From Candidatus Parcubacteria bacterium (GTDB lineage: Bacteria; Patescibacteriota; Minisyncoccia; UBA6257; 2-01-FULL-56-20), in the NCBI GenBank assembly GCA_027450205.1, contig DAIDJL010000004.1, positions 11,932-75,931 on the forward strand: a DNA stretch of 64,000 nucleotides. The letters are read 5' to 3'. The position numbers and the translations under genes are program-made. Shown one piece after another: positions 27,100 to 38,241 of this stretch (position 1 is its first letter; each line of letters begins with the position of its first letter). The notes below the pieces were generated by a model. It searched no databases and was not told the DNA's origin. It saw nothing but the letters and a program-made list of their open reading frames with translations.

Positions 27100-29226
27100 A
27101 TGAACCACTTCGAGATCATATCCGACAACAAACCCGCGGGGGACCAGCCGAAGGCGATCGCATCGCTCGTTTCGGGGTTGCGCTCCGGCCTGCGCGACCA
27201 GACCCTGCTCGGCGTCACCGGCTCCGGCAAGACCTTCACGATGGCGAACGTGATCCAGCAGATCGGCAAGCCGACGCTCGTGATCGCGCACAACAAGACG
27301 CTCGCCGCGCAGCTCTGCAACGAGTTTCGCGAGCTTTTCCCGAACGCATCCGTCAATTATTTCGTTTCGTACTACGACTACTATCAGCCGGAGGCGTACA
27401 TCCCGACGAGCGACACCTATATAGACAAGGAGGCGCTGATCAACGACGAGATCGACAAGCTGCGCCACGCGGCCACGATGGCTCTTCTTACGCGGCGCGA
27501 CGTGATCATCGTGGCGTCAGTGTCGTGCATCTACGGCCTCGGCGCGCCGGAGGAGTACGCCAAGAACATCGTGCACTTCAAGGTGGGCGACGCGGTGAAC
27601 CGCCATGAGTTTTCGCGCAAGCTTGTTTCGCTGCAGTTCAACCGCACGACCGCGGACCTCAAGCGCGCCACGTACCGCCTGCGCGGCGAGAACTGGGAGA
27701 TCATGCCGGCGGATCGCGAGGTCATCTATAACCTGGAGGTGTCGGGCGGCGTGATCCGCGCCATCTATGAAGTGGATCCGGTGAAGGGGTTTCAGCCGGG
27801 CAAGACGCCGGCGATCCCGGATATTTTATTCGCGCCGGCGAAGCACTTTATTACCGAGCCGGCCTCGCGCGAACGTGCCATCAACGATATTAAAATTGAA
27901 TTAAAAGAACAGCTCGCCAAGTTTGACCGCGAGAAGAAGTTCCTGGAAGCCGAGCGGCTGGAGCGGCGCACCAAGTTCGATCTCGCGATGATGGCGGAGG
28001 TGGGATACTGCCACGGCATCGAGAACTATTCGCGCCATCTTTCCGGGCGCGCCGCGGGCGAGCCGCCGGCCACTTTGCTTGATTACTTCCCGCACAAACC
28101 GGCCGCAGCGGGCGCTGATGCCGGCACGCCGGACTTTCTCACCATCATCGACGAGTCGCACATGACCGTGCCGCAGCTGCAGGGCATGTTCAACGGCGAC
28201 GCCGCGCGCAAGAAGACGCTCGTGGAATACGGATTCCGTTTGCCGTCCGCGATCGATAACCGGCCGTTGCGGTTTGAGGAATTCGACGCGCGCATCGGCC
28301 AGGTCATCTACACGTCCGCCACGCCGGGGCCGTACGAGTTGAAAGTGAGCAGGCCGGCGCCTGCGGGAGCCCCCCGCCAGGACGGGGGCCAGATAGTAGA
28401 GCAGATCATCCGCCCCACCGGCCTCGTCGATCCGAAGATCACGGTCAAGCCCGCGCGCGGGCAGGTGGAGGACCTGATCCCGCGCATCGAGGAGCGCGTG
28501 GCCAAGCACGAGCGCGTGCTCGTGACGACGCTCACCAAGCGTATGGCCGAGGACCTCTCGGCGTATCTGGAAGAGCGAAAAATAAAAGTGAACTATCTGC
28601 ACAGCGATGTGAAGACGATGGATCGCATCAAGATCCTTACCGACCTGCGCAAGGGGAAGATCGAAGTGCTCGTCGGCGTGAACTTGCTCCGCGAAGGTCT
28701 CGACCTGCCGGAGGTTTCCTTGGTCGCCATTTTGGATGCGGATAAGGAAGGATTTCTGCGCAGCGAGGTTTCTTTGATCCAAACGATCGGCCGCGCGGCG
28801 CGCAACGTGGAAGGCGAAGTACTGATGTACGCGGACAACATCACCGGTTCCATCGAGCGCGCCATGCGCGAAACCGATCGTCGCCGCACGATCCAGCTGG
28901 CGTACAACAAAAAGCACGACATCACGCCGCGCACCGTCGTGCGTAAGATCTCGGACATCCTGCCGGATATTGACGATATCCTGAAGCTGGAGACGGCGCC
29001 GGTGCCGCGGTCCAAGACCGCGCTGCAGCGGCTGATCGCGGAGAAGGAGCGCGAGATGAAGCTTGCCGCGAAGGAGCTCAACTTCGAGCTCGCGGGAATA
29101 TTGCGCGATGAGATCCGTGAGCTGAACAAAAAGGCGGGGGCGGTGGAGGAGGTGATGAAGGCGGGGCGGAAGGAGACATTGGACGCCGCGCATGCCGCGG
29201 GGTTGTCGCAAAAAAAGAAAAGATAA
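27100..29226 (+). CDS. uvrB: Excinuclease ABC subunit B
   Basis: Walker A GVTGSGKT, beta-hairpin region, helicase motifs and a C-terminal UvrB/UvrC interaction helix. Full-length conservation. Confidence 0.95.
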   Translation: MNHFEIISDNKPAGDQPKAIASLVSGLRSGLRDQTLLGVTGSGKTFTMANVIQQIGKPTLVIAHNKTLAAQLCNEFRELFPNASVNYFVSYYDYYQPEAYIPTSDTYIDKEALINDEIDKLRHAATMALLTRRDVIIVASVSCIYGLGAPEEYAKNIVHFKVGDAVNRHEFSRKLVSLQFNRTTADLKRATYRLRGENWEIMPADREVIYNLEVSGGVIRAIYEVDPVKGFQPGKTPAIPDILFAPAKHFITEPASRERAINDIKIELKEQLAKFDREKKFLEAERLERRTKFDLAMMAEVGYCHGIENYSRHLSGRAAGEPPATLLDYFPHKPAAAGADAGTPDFLTIIDESHMTVPQLQGMFNGDAARKKTLVEYGFRLPSAIDNRPLRFEEFDARIGQVIYTSATPGPYELKVSRPAPAGAPRQDGGQIVEQIIRPTGLVDPKITVKPARGQVEDLIPRIEERVAKHERVLVTTLTKRMAEDLSAYLEERKIKVNYLHSDVKTMDRIKILTDLRKGKIEVLVGVNLLREGLDLPEVSLVAILDADKEGFLRSEVSLIQTIGRAARNVEGEVLMYADNITGSIERAMRETDRRRTIQLAYNKKHDITPRTVVRKISDILPDIDDILKLETAPVPRSKTALQRLIAEKEREMKLAAKELNFELAGILRDEIRELNKKAGAVEEVMKAGRKETLDAAHAAGLSQKKKR

Positions 29227-29316
29227 AAAAGGTTCTAACAAGACCTTTTTATCTGGGGGTGGCACGCAGTTGAATGCCTGCCAATCCTTGATCCGCGATC
29301 GGTTTGCCGTGAATGT

Positions 29317-30588
29317 TTATTGGGGGGCGAACGCTGCGATATCGGCACCTACCTGGGAATCGGCGTTGGTCCATGACCATTTGGGATTGACGCTGTTATT
29401 TGCCGAATCAATGAGATAAGCCATATCGGCGAACTCTCCATTGCCTGCTCCGGTCTGCGGATCCAGGATCGTAAATCCGGAATCTATCGCTTGACCGGCG
29501 GGATTGTGTGTATAGATGGCAAGGAAGCCGGAAACTATCAGCTCGCCGGTCCTGGCGGGAGTGATAGGCCCGGAATTGAGGGAGGTCACCGTGGCGTCGG
29601 TTCCGGTGCCGTTTTGTGTATCGAACACTGCGGAGGTGGTCATTGTCCCGCTCCATGCACTCGCCAATATCGTTGGATAGGAACCGTTTGCCGTGAATGT
29701 CTGGGTTGGGCTTGTGGTAGGATTGTAACAATAAAAGATGGTTATAAATCGGTTGTTGCCTCCGTCCTGGTATGACGTCAAGCCGTGCCATGTATTACCT
29801 TGGGAGTCGGTAGGAGCAGGAGGCGCAGTTTGATAGTTTGCGACCACGGCGATGAGCAGGGTCGCTCCCGTGGTGTTGATGGCCGGAGTGGTGGCGGAAC
29901 TTCCTGAATTGGTAGCGTATGTGTGGGAAATGAGCGCTATTGATGCGTTGCCGCCGCCAAAATCTATCGGGGCCAACGTAAGGCTCGATCCTTTCTCTAA
30001 AATATCGGCATACCTTCCTCCGTCGGTCTGACCTGTAGCCTGAAATTTAGTGGATTCCATCTTGGCGGTCAGCTCGTAAGAAGAGCCATTCGCTTCGTAG
30101 GTATAGTAAAGTCCGGTGGAGGAATTGTTGCTCGGGTCTATAGGGAGGCTCCCCAGAGGGGATCCCATTGACAAGGAGGAGAAATTTATCGGGATCCATC
30201 CCGCTCCATTTGTGCTGCGATAATTTTGCGGGGAGGAACACTGATAGGAATAGCCCGCAGGAAGGGAGGGGAGACCAAGGGACGAGCAGGTTGACGTTTG
30301 ATTTCCCGATAGGGTTGGATCGGGCAGAGAAACGTAGACCAAGGAGGCGGTGCCCATCGTATATCCGGCGCTTCCTTCCTGATCTTCCTGATAGAGGGAA
30401 ATGGCCCGGGTGATGGTGTTGAGGTCGGAAACGCGGTTCGCGTCGCGGGCTTGCTTCAAAAGTTCTGCGGGGTTCAAAACCAGCACCACGACGACTGCGA
30501 GGACCGCAATAATGGCGATGACAACCAGGAGTTCGATAAGGGTGAACCCTCGAAAACTCCGCCCCGGCGAGGGGATATGATCATTCAT
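29317..30588 (-). CDS. Type IV pilin-like protein with large C-terminal domain (prepilin N-terminal methylation motif)
   Basis: Class III signal MNDHIPSPGRSFRG|FTLIELLVVIAIIAVLA. The 400-aa mature region is Thr/Ser/Gly-rich and beta-rich. Confidence 0.75.
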   Translation of the reverse strand: MNDHIPSPGRSFRGFTLIELLVVIAIIAVLAVVVVLVLNPAELLKQARDANRVSDLNTITRAISLYQEDQEGSAGYTMGTASLVYVSLPDPTLSGNQTSTCSSLGLPSLPAGYSYQCSSPQNYRSTNGAGWIPINFSSLSMGSPLGSLPIDPSNNSSTGLYYTYEANGSSYELTAKMESTKFQATGQTDGGRYADILEKGSSLTLAPIDFGGGNASIALISHTYATNSGSSATTPAINTTGATLLIAVVANYQTAPPAPTDSQGNTWHGLTSYQDGGNNRFITIFYCYNPTTSPTQTFTANGSYPTILASAWSGTMTTSAVFDTQNGTGTDATVTSLNSGPITPARTGELIVSGFLAIYTHNPAGQAIDSGFTILDPQTGAGNGEFADMAYLIDSANNSVNPKWSWTNADSQVGADIAAFAPQ

Positions 30589-30761
30589 CTTTATGGTTAT
30601 AGTATATCACGATAATGCATATGCATAACTTAAATCGTTACGGGCAATCGGATATGCCGGATTTGAAGTATTCTTTGAAAACCATTACACTGGAGCGGTA
30701 TGAATTCGGCAGACCCCTCCTATGAGCGCCGCTCGGAGGGGATTTAGCATCAAAAAAAACA

Positions 30762-33338
30762 ATGAAACACGATAAGATCATCATCAAAGGCGCGCGCGAG
30801 CATAATCTCAAGGATGTGAACCTGGAGATCCCGCGCGATAAAATGGTCGTCTTTACCGGGCTTTCCGGTAGTGGAAAATCATCGCTTGCATTCGACACGA
30901 TATTTGCCGAAGGCCAGCGCCGCTATATTGAATCGCTCTCCGCGTACGCGCGGCAATTTTTAGGGCGCCTGGACAAGCCGGATGTGGACGACATCGAGGG
31001 TCTCTCGCCGGCCATCTCCATCGATCAAAAATCGCATTCTGCCAACCCGCGCTCCACGGTGGCGACGATCACGGAAATCTACGATTATCTCCGTGTGCTT
31101 TTCGCACGCGCCGGAAAACCGTATTGCCCCACCTGCGGCCGCGAGATCAAAAAATTGACGAATGAGGAGATCGTGGATGTCGCGATCGATATCTCGGACA
31201 GCAATAAAGATAAGAAGAATTTCGTCATCCTTGCGCCGGTGGTGCGCGGCCGCAAAGGCGAGTATTATCAGATGCTCTACGATTTTCTGAATGCCGGATT
31301 TTCCGAGGTGCGCATCGACGGAAAATATCACTCATTGCGTGAGCGCGTGGAGCTCAGCCGTTATAAAGTGCACGACATTGATCTCGTTGTGGACCGCTTA
31401 CCGTCGGGAATGAACTTTAAGGACAAAGATAATCGTTTGCGGCTTGCCGAAGCGATCGAGTCGGCGCTCAAGTACGGCAATGCGGTGGTGACGCTCATCA
31501 CTGATAAGGAGATTTCTCTCTCGGCAAAGTTCACGTGCCCGCACGACGGATTCTCCTTTCCGGAGATCGAGCCGCGCCTGTTCTCGTTCAACAGTCCGTA
31601 CGGCGCATGTCCGGAATGCCACGGTCTTGGCACGAAGGATCTGTGGTCCGAAGAGCTCTGTCCGGTGTGCGACGGTAAACGGCTTCGTGTGGAAAGCTTG
31701 AATGTATTGATAGACGACAAGAGCATCCATACCGTCACCGCGCTTTCTATAGAAGACGCACATGCGTTCTTTTCCGGCTTGAAGTTCAAGGCGACGTCAA
31801 TGAATGAGGTCGCCGAAGCGCCGCTCCGGGAGATCAAAAATAGATTAAAGTTCATGATGGATGTCGGGTTGGAATATTTGACGCTTGACCGAAAAGCGGG
31901 GACGTTGTCGGGCGGCGAGGCCCAGCGTATACGGCTTGCGTCGCAGATCGGCTCACGCCTGGTGGGAACGCTCTATATATTGGACGAGCCGACGATCGGT
32001 CTGCACCAGCGTGATAATGCGAAGCTCATTCAGACGCTCAAGGACCTGCGCGACCTCGGCAACACGATCATCGTGGTCGAGCACGATGAGGACACCATTC
32101 GCGAATCGGATTATCTGGTGGATATCGGACCGGGTGCGGGCGTGCATGGTGGGAAGGTGGTGGCGCAGGGACCCATGCCGGAGCTTGTCAAAGATATGAA
32201 ACAGAATTCGCTTACCCTGCAATATTTGCGCGGCAAGAAGTTCATCGAGGTGCCGGAGACGCGGCGCAAGGTGGTGTTGCCCGCGGAACGCGGCGTGAAG
32301 GTCACGGCGAAGACAAAGTTGGGTGGTGGAAGCGGTACGTCGCAGGAGTTTTTGAAGATCCGCGGCGCGCATGCGAACAATTTAAAGGATGTGGATGTGG
32401 ATATTCCATTGCGGCGCTTCACCGCGGTGACCGGCGTCTCGGGCAGCGGCAAATCGTCACTTGTCTACGACGTGCTGTACAAGGCCGTCGCGGACAAGCT
32501 GAATCACGCGAGCTTCAAGGCGGGTGGATACAAGCAGATTTTGGGTCTGGAATACATCACACGCATCATCAACATCGACCAGGCGGCGATCGGCCGCACG
32601 CCGCGGTCCAATCCGGCGACGTACGTCGGCGCGTGGACGCACATCCGCGACCTTTTCGCAGGCACCGAGGACGCCCGCGTGCGTGGGTACAAGCCGGGCC
32701 GGTTCAGCTTCAACGTCCCGGGTGGGCGTTGCGAGAACTGCGAAGGCCACGGCACGATCGCGATCGAGATGCATTTCCTGCCGACGGTGTACGTCACGTG
32801 CGACGTGTGCAAGGGCAAGCGCTTCGATCGCGAGACGCTCGCCGTGGAATATAAAGGCAAAAATATTTACGATGTCTTACAGATGACGATCGAGGAAGCC
32901 GTTAAATTCTTTGAGGACATTCCGTGGCTGATGGACAAGCTCACTATATTAGAAGAGGTGGGTCTGGGATATCTCGAGCTCGGCCAGTCGGCGACGACGC
33001 TTTCCGGCGGCGAGGCCCAGCGCATCAAGCTGTCCGCGGAGCTCGGCAAGCGCGACACGCGCCGCACGCTCTATCTGCTCGACGAGCCGACGACCGGCCT
33101 TCACTTTGCCGATGTGGACCAGTTGATAAAAGTGTTGCAGCGGCTTGTCGATCGTGGCAACACGATCGTCGTCATCGAGCACAACTTGGACGTCATCAAG
33201 ACCGCGGACTGGGTGATCGACCTCGGCCCCGAAGGAGGCGCCCGCGGCGGGACGATCGTCGCGGTCGGCGCGCCGGAAGAGATCGTGCGCAAGAAGGCGA
33301 GCGTGACGGGGGAATACCTGCGGCCGCTGCTGCAGTAG
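30762..33338 (+). CDS. uvrA: Excinuclease ABC subunit A (compact form)
   Basis: Two ABC ATPase modules ([12 protein letters not shown] / [11 protein letters not shown], signatures LSGGEAQR twice) and zinc-finger CxxC pairs. 858 aa. Confidence 0.95.
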   Translation: MKHDKIIIKGAREHNLKDVNLEIPRDKMVVFTGLSGSGKSSLAFDTIFAEGQRRYIESLSAYARQFLGRLDKPDVDDIEGLSPAISIDQKSHSANPRSTVATITEIYDYLRVLFARAGKPYCPTCGREIKKLTNEEIVDVAIDISDSNKDKKNFVILAPVVRGRKGEYYQMLYDFLNAGFSEVRIDGKYHSLRERVELSRYKVHDIDLVVDRLPSGMNFKDKDNRLRLAEAIESALKYGNAVVTLITDKEISLSAKFTCPHDGFSFPEIEPRLFSFNSPYGACPECHGLGTKDLWSEELCPVCDGKRLRVESLNVLIDDKSIHTVTALSIEDAHAFFSGLKFKATSMNEVAEAPLREIKNRLKFMMDVGLEYLTLDRKAGTLSGGEAQRIRLASQIGSRLVGTLYILDEPTIGLHQRDNAKLIQTLKDLRDLGNTIIVVEHDEDTIRESDYLVDIGPGAGVHGGKVVAQGPMPELVKDMKQNSLTLQYLRGKKFIEVPETRRKVVLPAERGVKVTAKTKLGGGSGTSQEFLKIRGAHANNLKDVDVDIPLRRFTAVTGVSGSGKSSLVYDVLYKAVADKLNHASFKAGGYKQILGLEYITRIINIDQAAIGRTPRSNPATYVGAWTHIRDLFAGTEDARVRGYKPGRFSFNVPGGRCENCEGHGTIAIEMHFLPTVYVTCDVCKGKRFDRETLAVEYKGKNIYDVLQMTIEEAVKFFEDIPWLMDKLTILEEVGLGYLELGQSATTLSGGEAQRIKLSAELGKRDTRRTLYLLDEPTTGLHFADVDQLIKVLQRLVDRGNTIVVIEHNLDVIKTADWVIDLGPEGGARGGTIVAVGAPEEIVRKKASVTGEYLRPLLQ

Positions 33339-33360
33339 TCCCGGGTGCTATACTAAAACC

Positions 33361-33639
33361 ATGAAGATATACGACAATAAGATCTGGCGGGACGGGCAGA
33401 AGATCGGATGGATCGACGGCAGTCATATTCGCACGGAACCGGATGGGCGCAGGCTTGGCTACTTCGAAAACGATTTTGTCTATAATATGGACGGACATAA
33501 GCTCGCGTATATGCTCGAGGACGAGTTGAGGTTTGAGAATGGCGCCACACCGATCCGGTTGGAAAAGGTGAACGAAGAGATCGAGGGAACGGCGCCGTTG
33601 CTTGAAAAGTGCGCCGTGCAGGTGCTCATGGAAGAATAG
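33361..33639 (+). CDS. Hypothetical small protein between uvrA and uvrC (92 aa)
   Basis: Intact ORF with normal codon usage. No family recognised. Confidence 0.4.
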   Translation: MKIYDNKIWRDGQKIGWIDGSHIRTEPDGRRLGYFENDFVYNMDGHKLAYMLEDELRFENGATPIRLEKVNEEIEGTAPLLEKCAVQVLMEE

Positions 33640-33670
33640 TCAGTAAATCAGTATAATAGGGAGGTTAAAA

Positions 33671-34885
33671 ATGATTAAAACCTCCGTTCCATACAAGAAA
33701 TTTCCCGAAACGCCGGGCGTCTACATCATGAAGGACGCCGCCGGGCGCGTGTTGTACGTGGGCAAGGCGGGGAATTTGCGCCGGCGCGTGTCAAGCTATT
33801 TCGAGCGGCCGCACGACGTGCGCATCCAGACGCTGGTCAGTAAGATCGCGCGCATCGACATTGAACAGAAGGATACTGCGCTCGAGGCGCTGATCCGCGA
33901 AGCGGAGCTCATCAAAACACTTACGCCGCCGTTCAATGTGCGCGAGAAGGATGACAAGAGCTTTTTATATTTCGAGGTCACGCGCGAGAAATTTCCGCGG
34001 GTACTGCTCGTGCGCGGCGCGGGTGCGGCGAGCGGGCGGCTTTATGGGCCGTTCACTTCCGCGTCGAGCGCGCGCGAGGCGTTGCGTATCCTGCGGCGCA
34101 TCTTCCCATGGAGCACGCATAACCCGGACGAGCTCGGCAAGATGAAGCGCCCGTGTTTCAATTACGAGATCGGATTATGCCCGGGCACGTGCGTGGGTGC
34201 CGTCACGCACGAGGAATATCTGAAAAATATAGAGCGGTTGCGGATGTTCTTTGAGGGCAAGAAGGCGCATATCATCCGCGCACTTGAAAAAGACATGAAG
34301 GCGGCGAGCAGGAAGCAGGAGTTCGAGAAGGCGGAAAAATTTCGGCGGCAGATATTCGCGTTGCGGCATATCCAGGATACCGCACTCATCTCGGACAGCG
34401 AGATGCTGGTGCCGGGGGGTGTCGCTGGGGCATTGAGGGATGGCTACCGCATCGAAGGTTACGATATTTCCAATATCTCCGGCACGTCCGCCGTAGGTTC
34501 TATGGTGGTGTTCGAGGACGGCGAACCGAATAAGAGCGCATATCGTAAGTTCAAGATCCGCAGCATCTTCCAGCCGAACGATGTCGGGATGTTGAAAGAA
34601 GTGCTTGAGCGCCGCTTTTCCCGCGCGGACTGGCCGATACCTGATCTAATCTTGATCGACGGCGGCCTCGCGCAGGTGAATACCGCGCGTCGCGTTCTGC
34701 TCCGCGCCGAAAAAAAGATCCCTATCATGGGGATCGCGAAGGGTCCGCGGCGCGACCGCAATGATATCATCGGTCTTATCCCGAAGGGTGTGCAAAAGGA
34801 GACATTGATCAGGGTGCGCAACGAAGCGCACCGGTTCGCCATCGGATATCACAAAGCATTGCGGCGGGTGAGGACGTTCGCCTAA
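33671..34885 (+). CDS. uvrC: Excinuclease ABC subunit C, short form lacking the C-terminal HhH region
   Basis: GIY-YIG N-terminal nuclease (GVYIMKDAAGRVLYVGKAGNLRRR) and UvrBC-interaction region. 404 aa, versus ~600 aa typical. Confidence 0.85.
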   Translation: MIKTSVPYKKFPETPGVYIMKDAAGRVLYVGKAGNLRRRVSSYFERPHDVRIQTLVSKIARIDIEQKDTALEALIREAELIKTLTPPFNVREKDDKSFLYFEVTREKFPRVLLVRGAGAASGRLYGPFTSASSAREALRILRRIFPWSTHNPDELGKMKRPCFNYEIGLCPGTCVGAVTHEEYLKNIERLRMFFEGKKAHIIRALEKDMKAASRKQEFEKAEKFRRQIFALRHIQDTALISDSEMLVPGGVAGALRDGYRIEGYDISNISGTSAVGSMVVFEDGEPNKSAYRKFKIRSIFQPNDVGMLKEVLERRFSRADWPIPDLILIDGGLAQVNTARRVLLRAEKKIPIMGIAKGPRRDRNDIIGLIPKGVQKETLIRVRNEAHRFAIGYHKALRRVRTFA

Positions 34886-35466
34886 TTCACGATGACGACT
34901 GCGGGGCTGATAAGTTCGCCGAGGCCGTTCCCATCGAACCGGATACTGATCGCATAAGTGCCGGGGACGACATCCTTCTTGTCCGCGCTGTAGCGGGCGA
35001 GGTAGATGGAACGCGCATCCCAGCTGTATGACGTTTGGTTCGGGCCGGTCTCCGAGAGAATGACGCCGACAAATGCTTTGGTGTTCGCATTGATCAGGTC
35101 GATCTCCCCGGTGACGTCCGCGGCGTTATTCCACGAGATGACGTTCGGGCTTCCCATGGTCCAGATGCTGTTCGCGACCGGTGCGAGGAGGTCGATGGTG
35201 ATGGAGGGACTTGGGAGGGTGGGGGTGGCGGCGCCTCTGGCCGGGCGCGTCTCCGTACCGTTCGAGTTCGTCATCACCCCGCTTGACGTTGTGCTGGCGG
35301 CGGTTGACGTGCTCGTGTTTTGCATCCCGGCGCCGTTATTCGGCGCATTCTTTGGGGTGTTGCCGTTATTCATCGATCCTATAATGAAATAGATGCCAAG
35401 TATGACCACTATCGCGATTCCCGCAACGGTTCCGACAGTTTTCCATTTTATTTGGGATAGGTTCAT
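34882..35466 (-). CDS. Membrane-anchored protein with S/T-rich linker and C-terminal beta domain, hypothetical
   Basis: N-terminal TM VAGIAIVVILGIYFIIG followed by low-complexity N/T/S region. Confidence 0.45.
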   Translation of the reverse strand: MNLSQIKWKTVGTVAGIAIVVILGIYFIIGSMNNGNTPKNAPNNGAGMQNTSTSTAASTTSSGVMTNSNGTETRPARGAATPTLPSPSITIDLLAPVANSIWTMGSPNVISWNNAADVTGEIDLINANTKAFVGVILSETGPNQTSYSWDARSIYLARYSADKKDVVPGTYAISIRFDGNGLGELISPAVVIVN

Positions 35467-35515
35467 GTGTTTTATTATACCAAACCGGACAGTAAAATGG
35501 TATTATTAAAGAAGG

Positions 35516-37177
35516 ATGATAGCCGATGAGATACGACAATTTTTTCACGGGGACGTGGCGGTAGATGATGCTACGCTTGCGAAATTCAGCCGCGATTATT
35601 CGCTTTTTAAGGTCCGCCCGCAGGTGGTGGTCTTTCCTAAAGATGTTGACGACATAAAAAACCTCGTAAAGTTTGTGGCGCAAAAAAAGGCGGCAGGGGA
35701 GGATGTGTCGCTCACCGGCCGTTCGGCCGGAACCGACATGACCGGCGGGCCGCTCAGCCAGGGGATCATCGTCTCGTTCACGAAATATTTCAACCATATC
35801 GTCGAGATAGGCAGTGACGAGGCCAAGGTAGAGCCGGGCGTCTATTTCCGCGATTTTGAAAAGGCGCTGACCGAAAAAGGCCTGCTCTATCCGGCATTCC
35901 CCGCGTCAAAAGACCTGTGCGCCCTCGGCGGCATGGTCAACAATAATTCCGGCGGCGAGAAGACGCTTGCATACGGAAAAACGGAGGATTACGTGCAAGC
36001 GGTGAATATCGTAATGAGCGACGGCGAGCAGCACACGTTATGGCCGCTCGCGGGCGATATGCTTCAGGCAAAGTTGGACGAGCAGAGTTTTGAGGGTGAT
36101 ATCTATCGCAAGCTCTATAAGCTGATCAGCGATAATTACGACGCGATCAAGGCGGCCAAGCCGGACGTCTCAAAGAATTCCGCCGGTTATTATCTGTGGA
36201 ACGTGTGGAACAAAGAGACCGGCGTGTTTGATATCACAAAGCTGATCGTCGGTTCGCAGGGGACGCTTGGCCTGCTCACCGAGGCGAAACTGAGGCTGGT
36301 GCCGCTCAAGAAGCATTCGCGGCTGTGCGTGGTGTTCCTGAAAGACCTTACGCCGGTCGCGGATCTGGTGGAGAACGTATTGCCGTTCCATCCGGAAAGC
36401 ATTGAATCGTATGACGATAAGACGATCGCGGTGGCGGTCAAGCTGTGGCGGCAGGTGATCGGATCAATGAAGGGCAACATATTCACGCTCGGTTTCCAGT
36501 TCATCCCGGAGGCGTGGATGGTGCTTACCGGCGGCATGCCGAAGATGATCATGCTCATCGAGCTTACCGGGGATGATGAAAAACAGCTCGATGGACAGCT
36601 CGCCGCGCTCGCGGCCGATGTCCGCACGTTTGCGAAGACGCACAAGGGCATCCGCGTCCATCCGTTGCGCAATGAAAAGGCGGAAGGGAAATATTGGACG
36701 ATCCGACGCCAAAGCTTCGCGCTGCTGCACAACAATACGACCGGGCTTGATACCGCGCCGTTCATCGACGACTTTATCGTCAAGCCGGAATATATGCCGG
36801 AGGTACTGCCCCAGGTGAATGCGATCTTGGACAAATATAAAGAGGACCTTATTTATACGATCGCAGGTCATCCGGGCAATGGTAATTTCCATATCATTCC
36901 GTTAATGAACCTGAAAGACGATCGCGTGCGGGCGCTCATTCCGAAGATCTCGGAAGAGGTTTACCGGCTCGTGTTCAAATATCACGGTTCCATCACGGCC
37001 GAGCATAATGACGGACTTATCCGCACGCCATATCTGGAGGAGATGTACGGGCCAAAGATCGAGGAATTGTTCGTGGAGGTAAAGAAGATATTTGATCCGC
37101 TGAACATCTTCAATCCGGGCAAAAAAGTGGGCGGGAGCCTGCAGTACAGCGAGGAGCATATCGCATCAACGCAGTAA
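35516..37177 (+). CDS. FAD-linked oxidase (GlcD/D-lactate dehydrogenase-like, FAD_binding_4 + C-terminal oxidase domain)
   Basis: FAD-binding block VSLTGRSAGTDMTGGPL. Overall two-domain architecture of FAD-linked oxidases. Confidence 0.7.
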   Translation: MIADEIRQFFHGDVAVDDATLAKFSRDYSLFKVRPQVVVFPKDVDDIKNLVKFVAQKKAAGEDVSLTGRSAGTDMTGGPLSQGIIVSFTKYFNHIVEIGSDEAKVEPGVYFRDFEKALTEKGLLYPAFPASKDLCALGGMVNNNSGGEKTLAYGKTEDYVQAVNIVMSDGEQHTLWPLAGDMLQAKLDEQSFEGDIYRKLYKLISDNYDAIKAAKPDVSKNSAGYYLWNVWNKETGVFDITKLIVGSQGTLGLLTEAKLRLVPLKKHSRLCVVFLKDLTPVADLVENVLPFHPESIESYDDKTIAVAVKLWRQVIGSMKGNIFTLGFQFIPEAWMVLTGGMPKMIMLIELTGDDEKQLDGQLAALAADVRTFAKTHKGIRVHPLRNEKAEGKYWTIRRQSFALLHNNTTGLDTAPFIDDFIVKPEYMPEVLPQVNAILDKYKEDLIYTIAGHPGNGNFHIIPLMNLKDDRVRALIPKISEEVYRLVFKYHGSITAEHNDGLIRTPYLEEMYGPKIEELFVEVKKIFDPLNIFNPGKKVGGSLQYSEEHIASTQ

Positions 37178-37244
37178 TTACGCCCCCAAAGCCGCCCCTG
37201 CGGTCTTTAATCTTTCTTTAATCCGGTTTTGCTATGGTTGGTGG

Positions 37245-38213
37245 GTGAAAAAACGCGCCCGCGCCGTTTCCTACTTTTTCTCCCTGATCGCCGTGGCGGC
37301 GATATTTTTCAGCATAGAATTCATCACTGAAAAATATTTCTATCCGGACGATGAGACGGTGGATATCCTCGCCGCCGTCATTGGCGCGCTCCTGTTCGCG
37401 CGTTTTCGGCGATTTTTCGACCGTGTGACCGACCGGATATTCTTCCATGGCCCGCGGGATACCCGCGCGGAATTCATTACGAACATTTCCCACGAGCTGC
37501 AGACGCCGATCGCCATCCTGCGTGGAAACGTTGAGGTGCTGCAAAGCGGGTGCGCGACGGATGCGGAGCGCGTTTTGGCTGAGCGGGTGATCGTGACGAC
37601 GCTCGACGGCATGTCACGCCTCATCGGCAGCGTCCTCCGGAGTGCCAAGGCCACATTTGACGTAAAAGCGGCTTCCCGGGAATATCTGGCGGTGGGGGCA
37701 TTGCTGCGTGAAGTGCATGAGGATTGCCACATTCTTGCGGAAGACAAGGGGATCCGCTTCGTTATTGCGCCGGATGCGGCGGATGACGGGGGCGAAGGCA
37801 GTGAATTTCTTTTTGTCCGCGCCGAGCGCGACCGGCTCAAGGAGGTGATGCTGAATCTTATCAGCAATGCGTTCAAGCATACCGCGCGCGGCGGCGTGGT
37901 GACGCTGCGGGCGGAACGGGCGAGGGCCATCGGGCGCGCCGGGGCTGTTGCGCGCATCACCGTGGAAGACACCGGCACGGGCATTCCGCCGGAGGCATTG
38001 CCGCATATCTTCGAGCGGTTCTATAAGATCAAGAACGGGTATATCGCGTTCGCCGATGGCGGTGATGCCGGTGCGCCGCCCGTGCCGAGCACCGGCGTCG
38101 GCCTCAATATCTGCCGCCAGATCGTGGAGGCGCACGGCGGTACGATCACCGCGGAGAGTGCGCCGGGCAAGGGAAGCCGTTTCGTCATCCATCTGCCGCT
38201 CGCGCCGCCGTAA
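37245..38213 (+). CDS. Sensor histidine kinase
   Basis: H-box FITNISHELQTPIAIL. N, G1 and G2 boxes (LISNAFKHT, EDTGTGIP, GVGLNICRQIVEAHGG). One N-terminal TM. GTG start. Confidence 0.8.
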   Translation: MKKRARAVSYFFSLIAVAAIFFSIEFITEKYFYPDDETVDILAAVIGALLFARFRRFFDRVTDRIFFHGPRDTRAEFITNISHELQTPIAILRGNVEVLQSGCATDAERVLAERVIVTTLDGMSRLIGSVLRSAKATFDVKAASREYLAVGALLREVHEDCHILAEDKGIRFVIAPDAADDGGEGSEFLFVRAERDRLKEVMLNLISNAFKHTARGGVVTLRAERARAIGRAGAVARITVEDTGTGIPPEALPHIFERFYKIKNGYIAFADGGDAGAPPVPSTGVGLNICRQIVEAHGGTITAESAPGKGSRFVIHLPLAPP

Positions 38214-38241
38214 CGTGTGCCGTATCTGCTATAATAAACTC

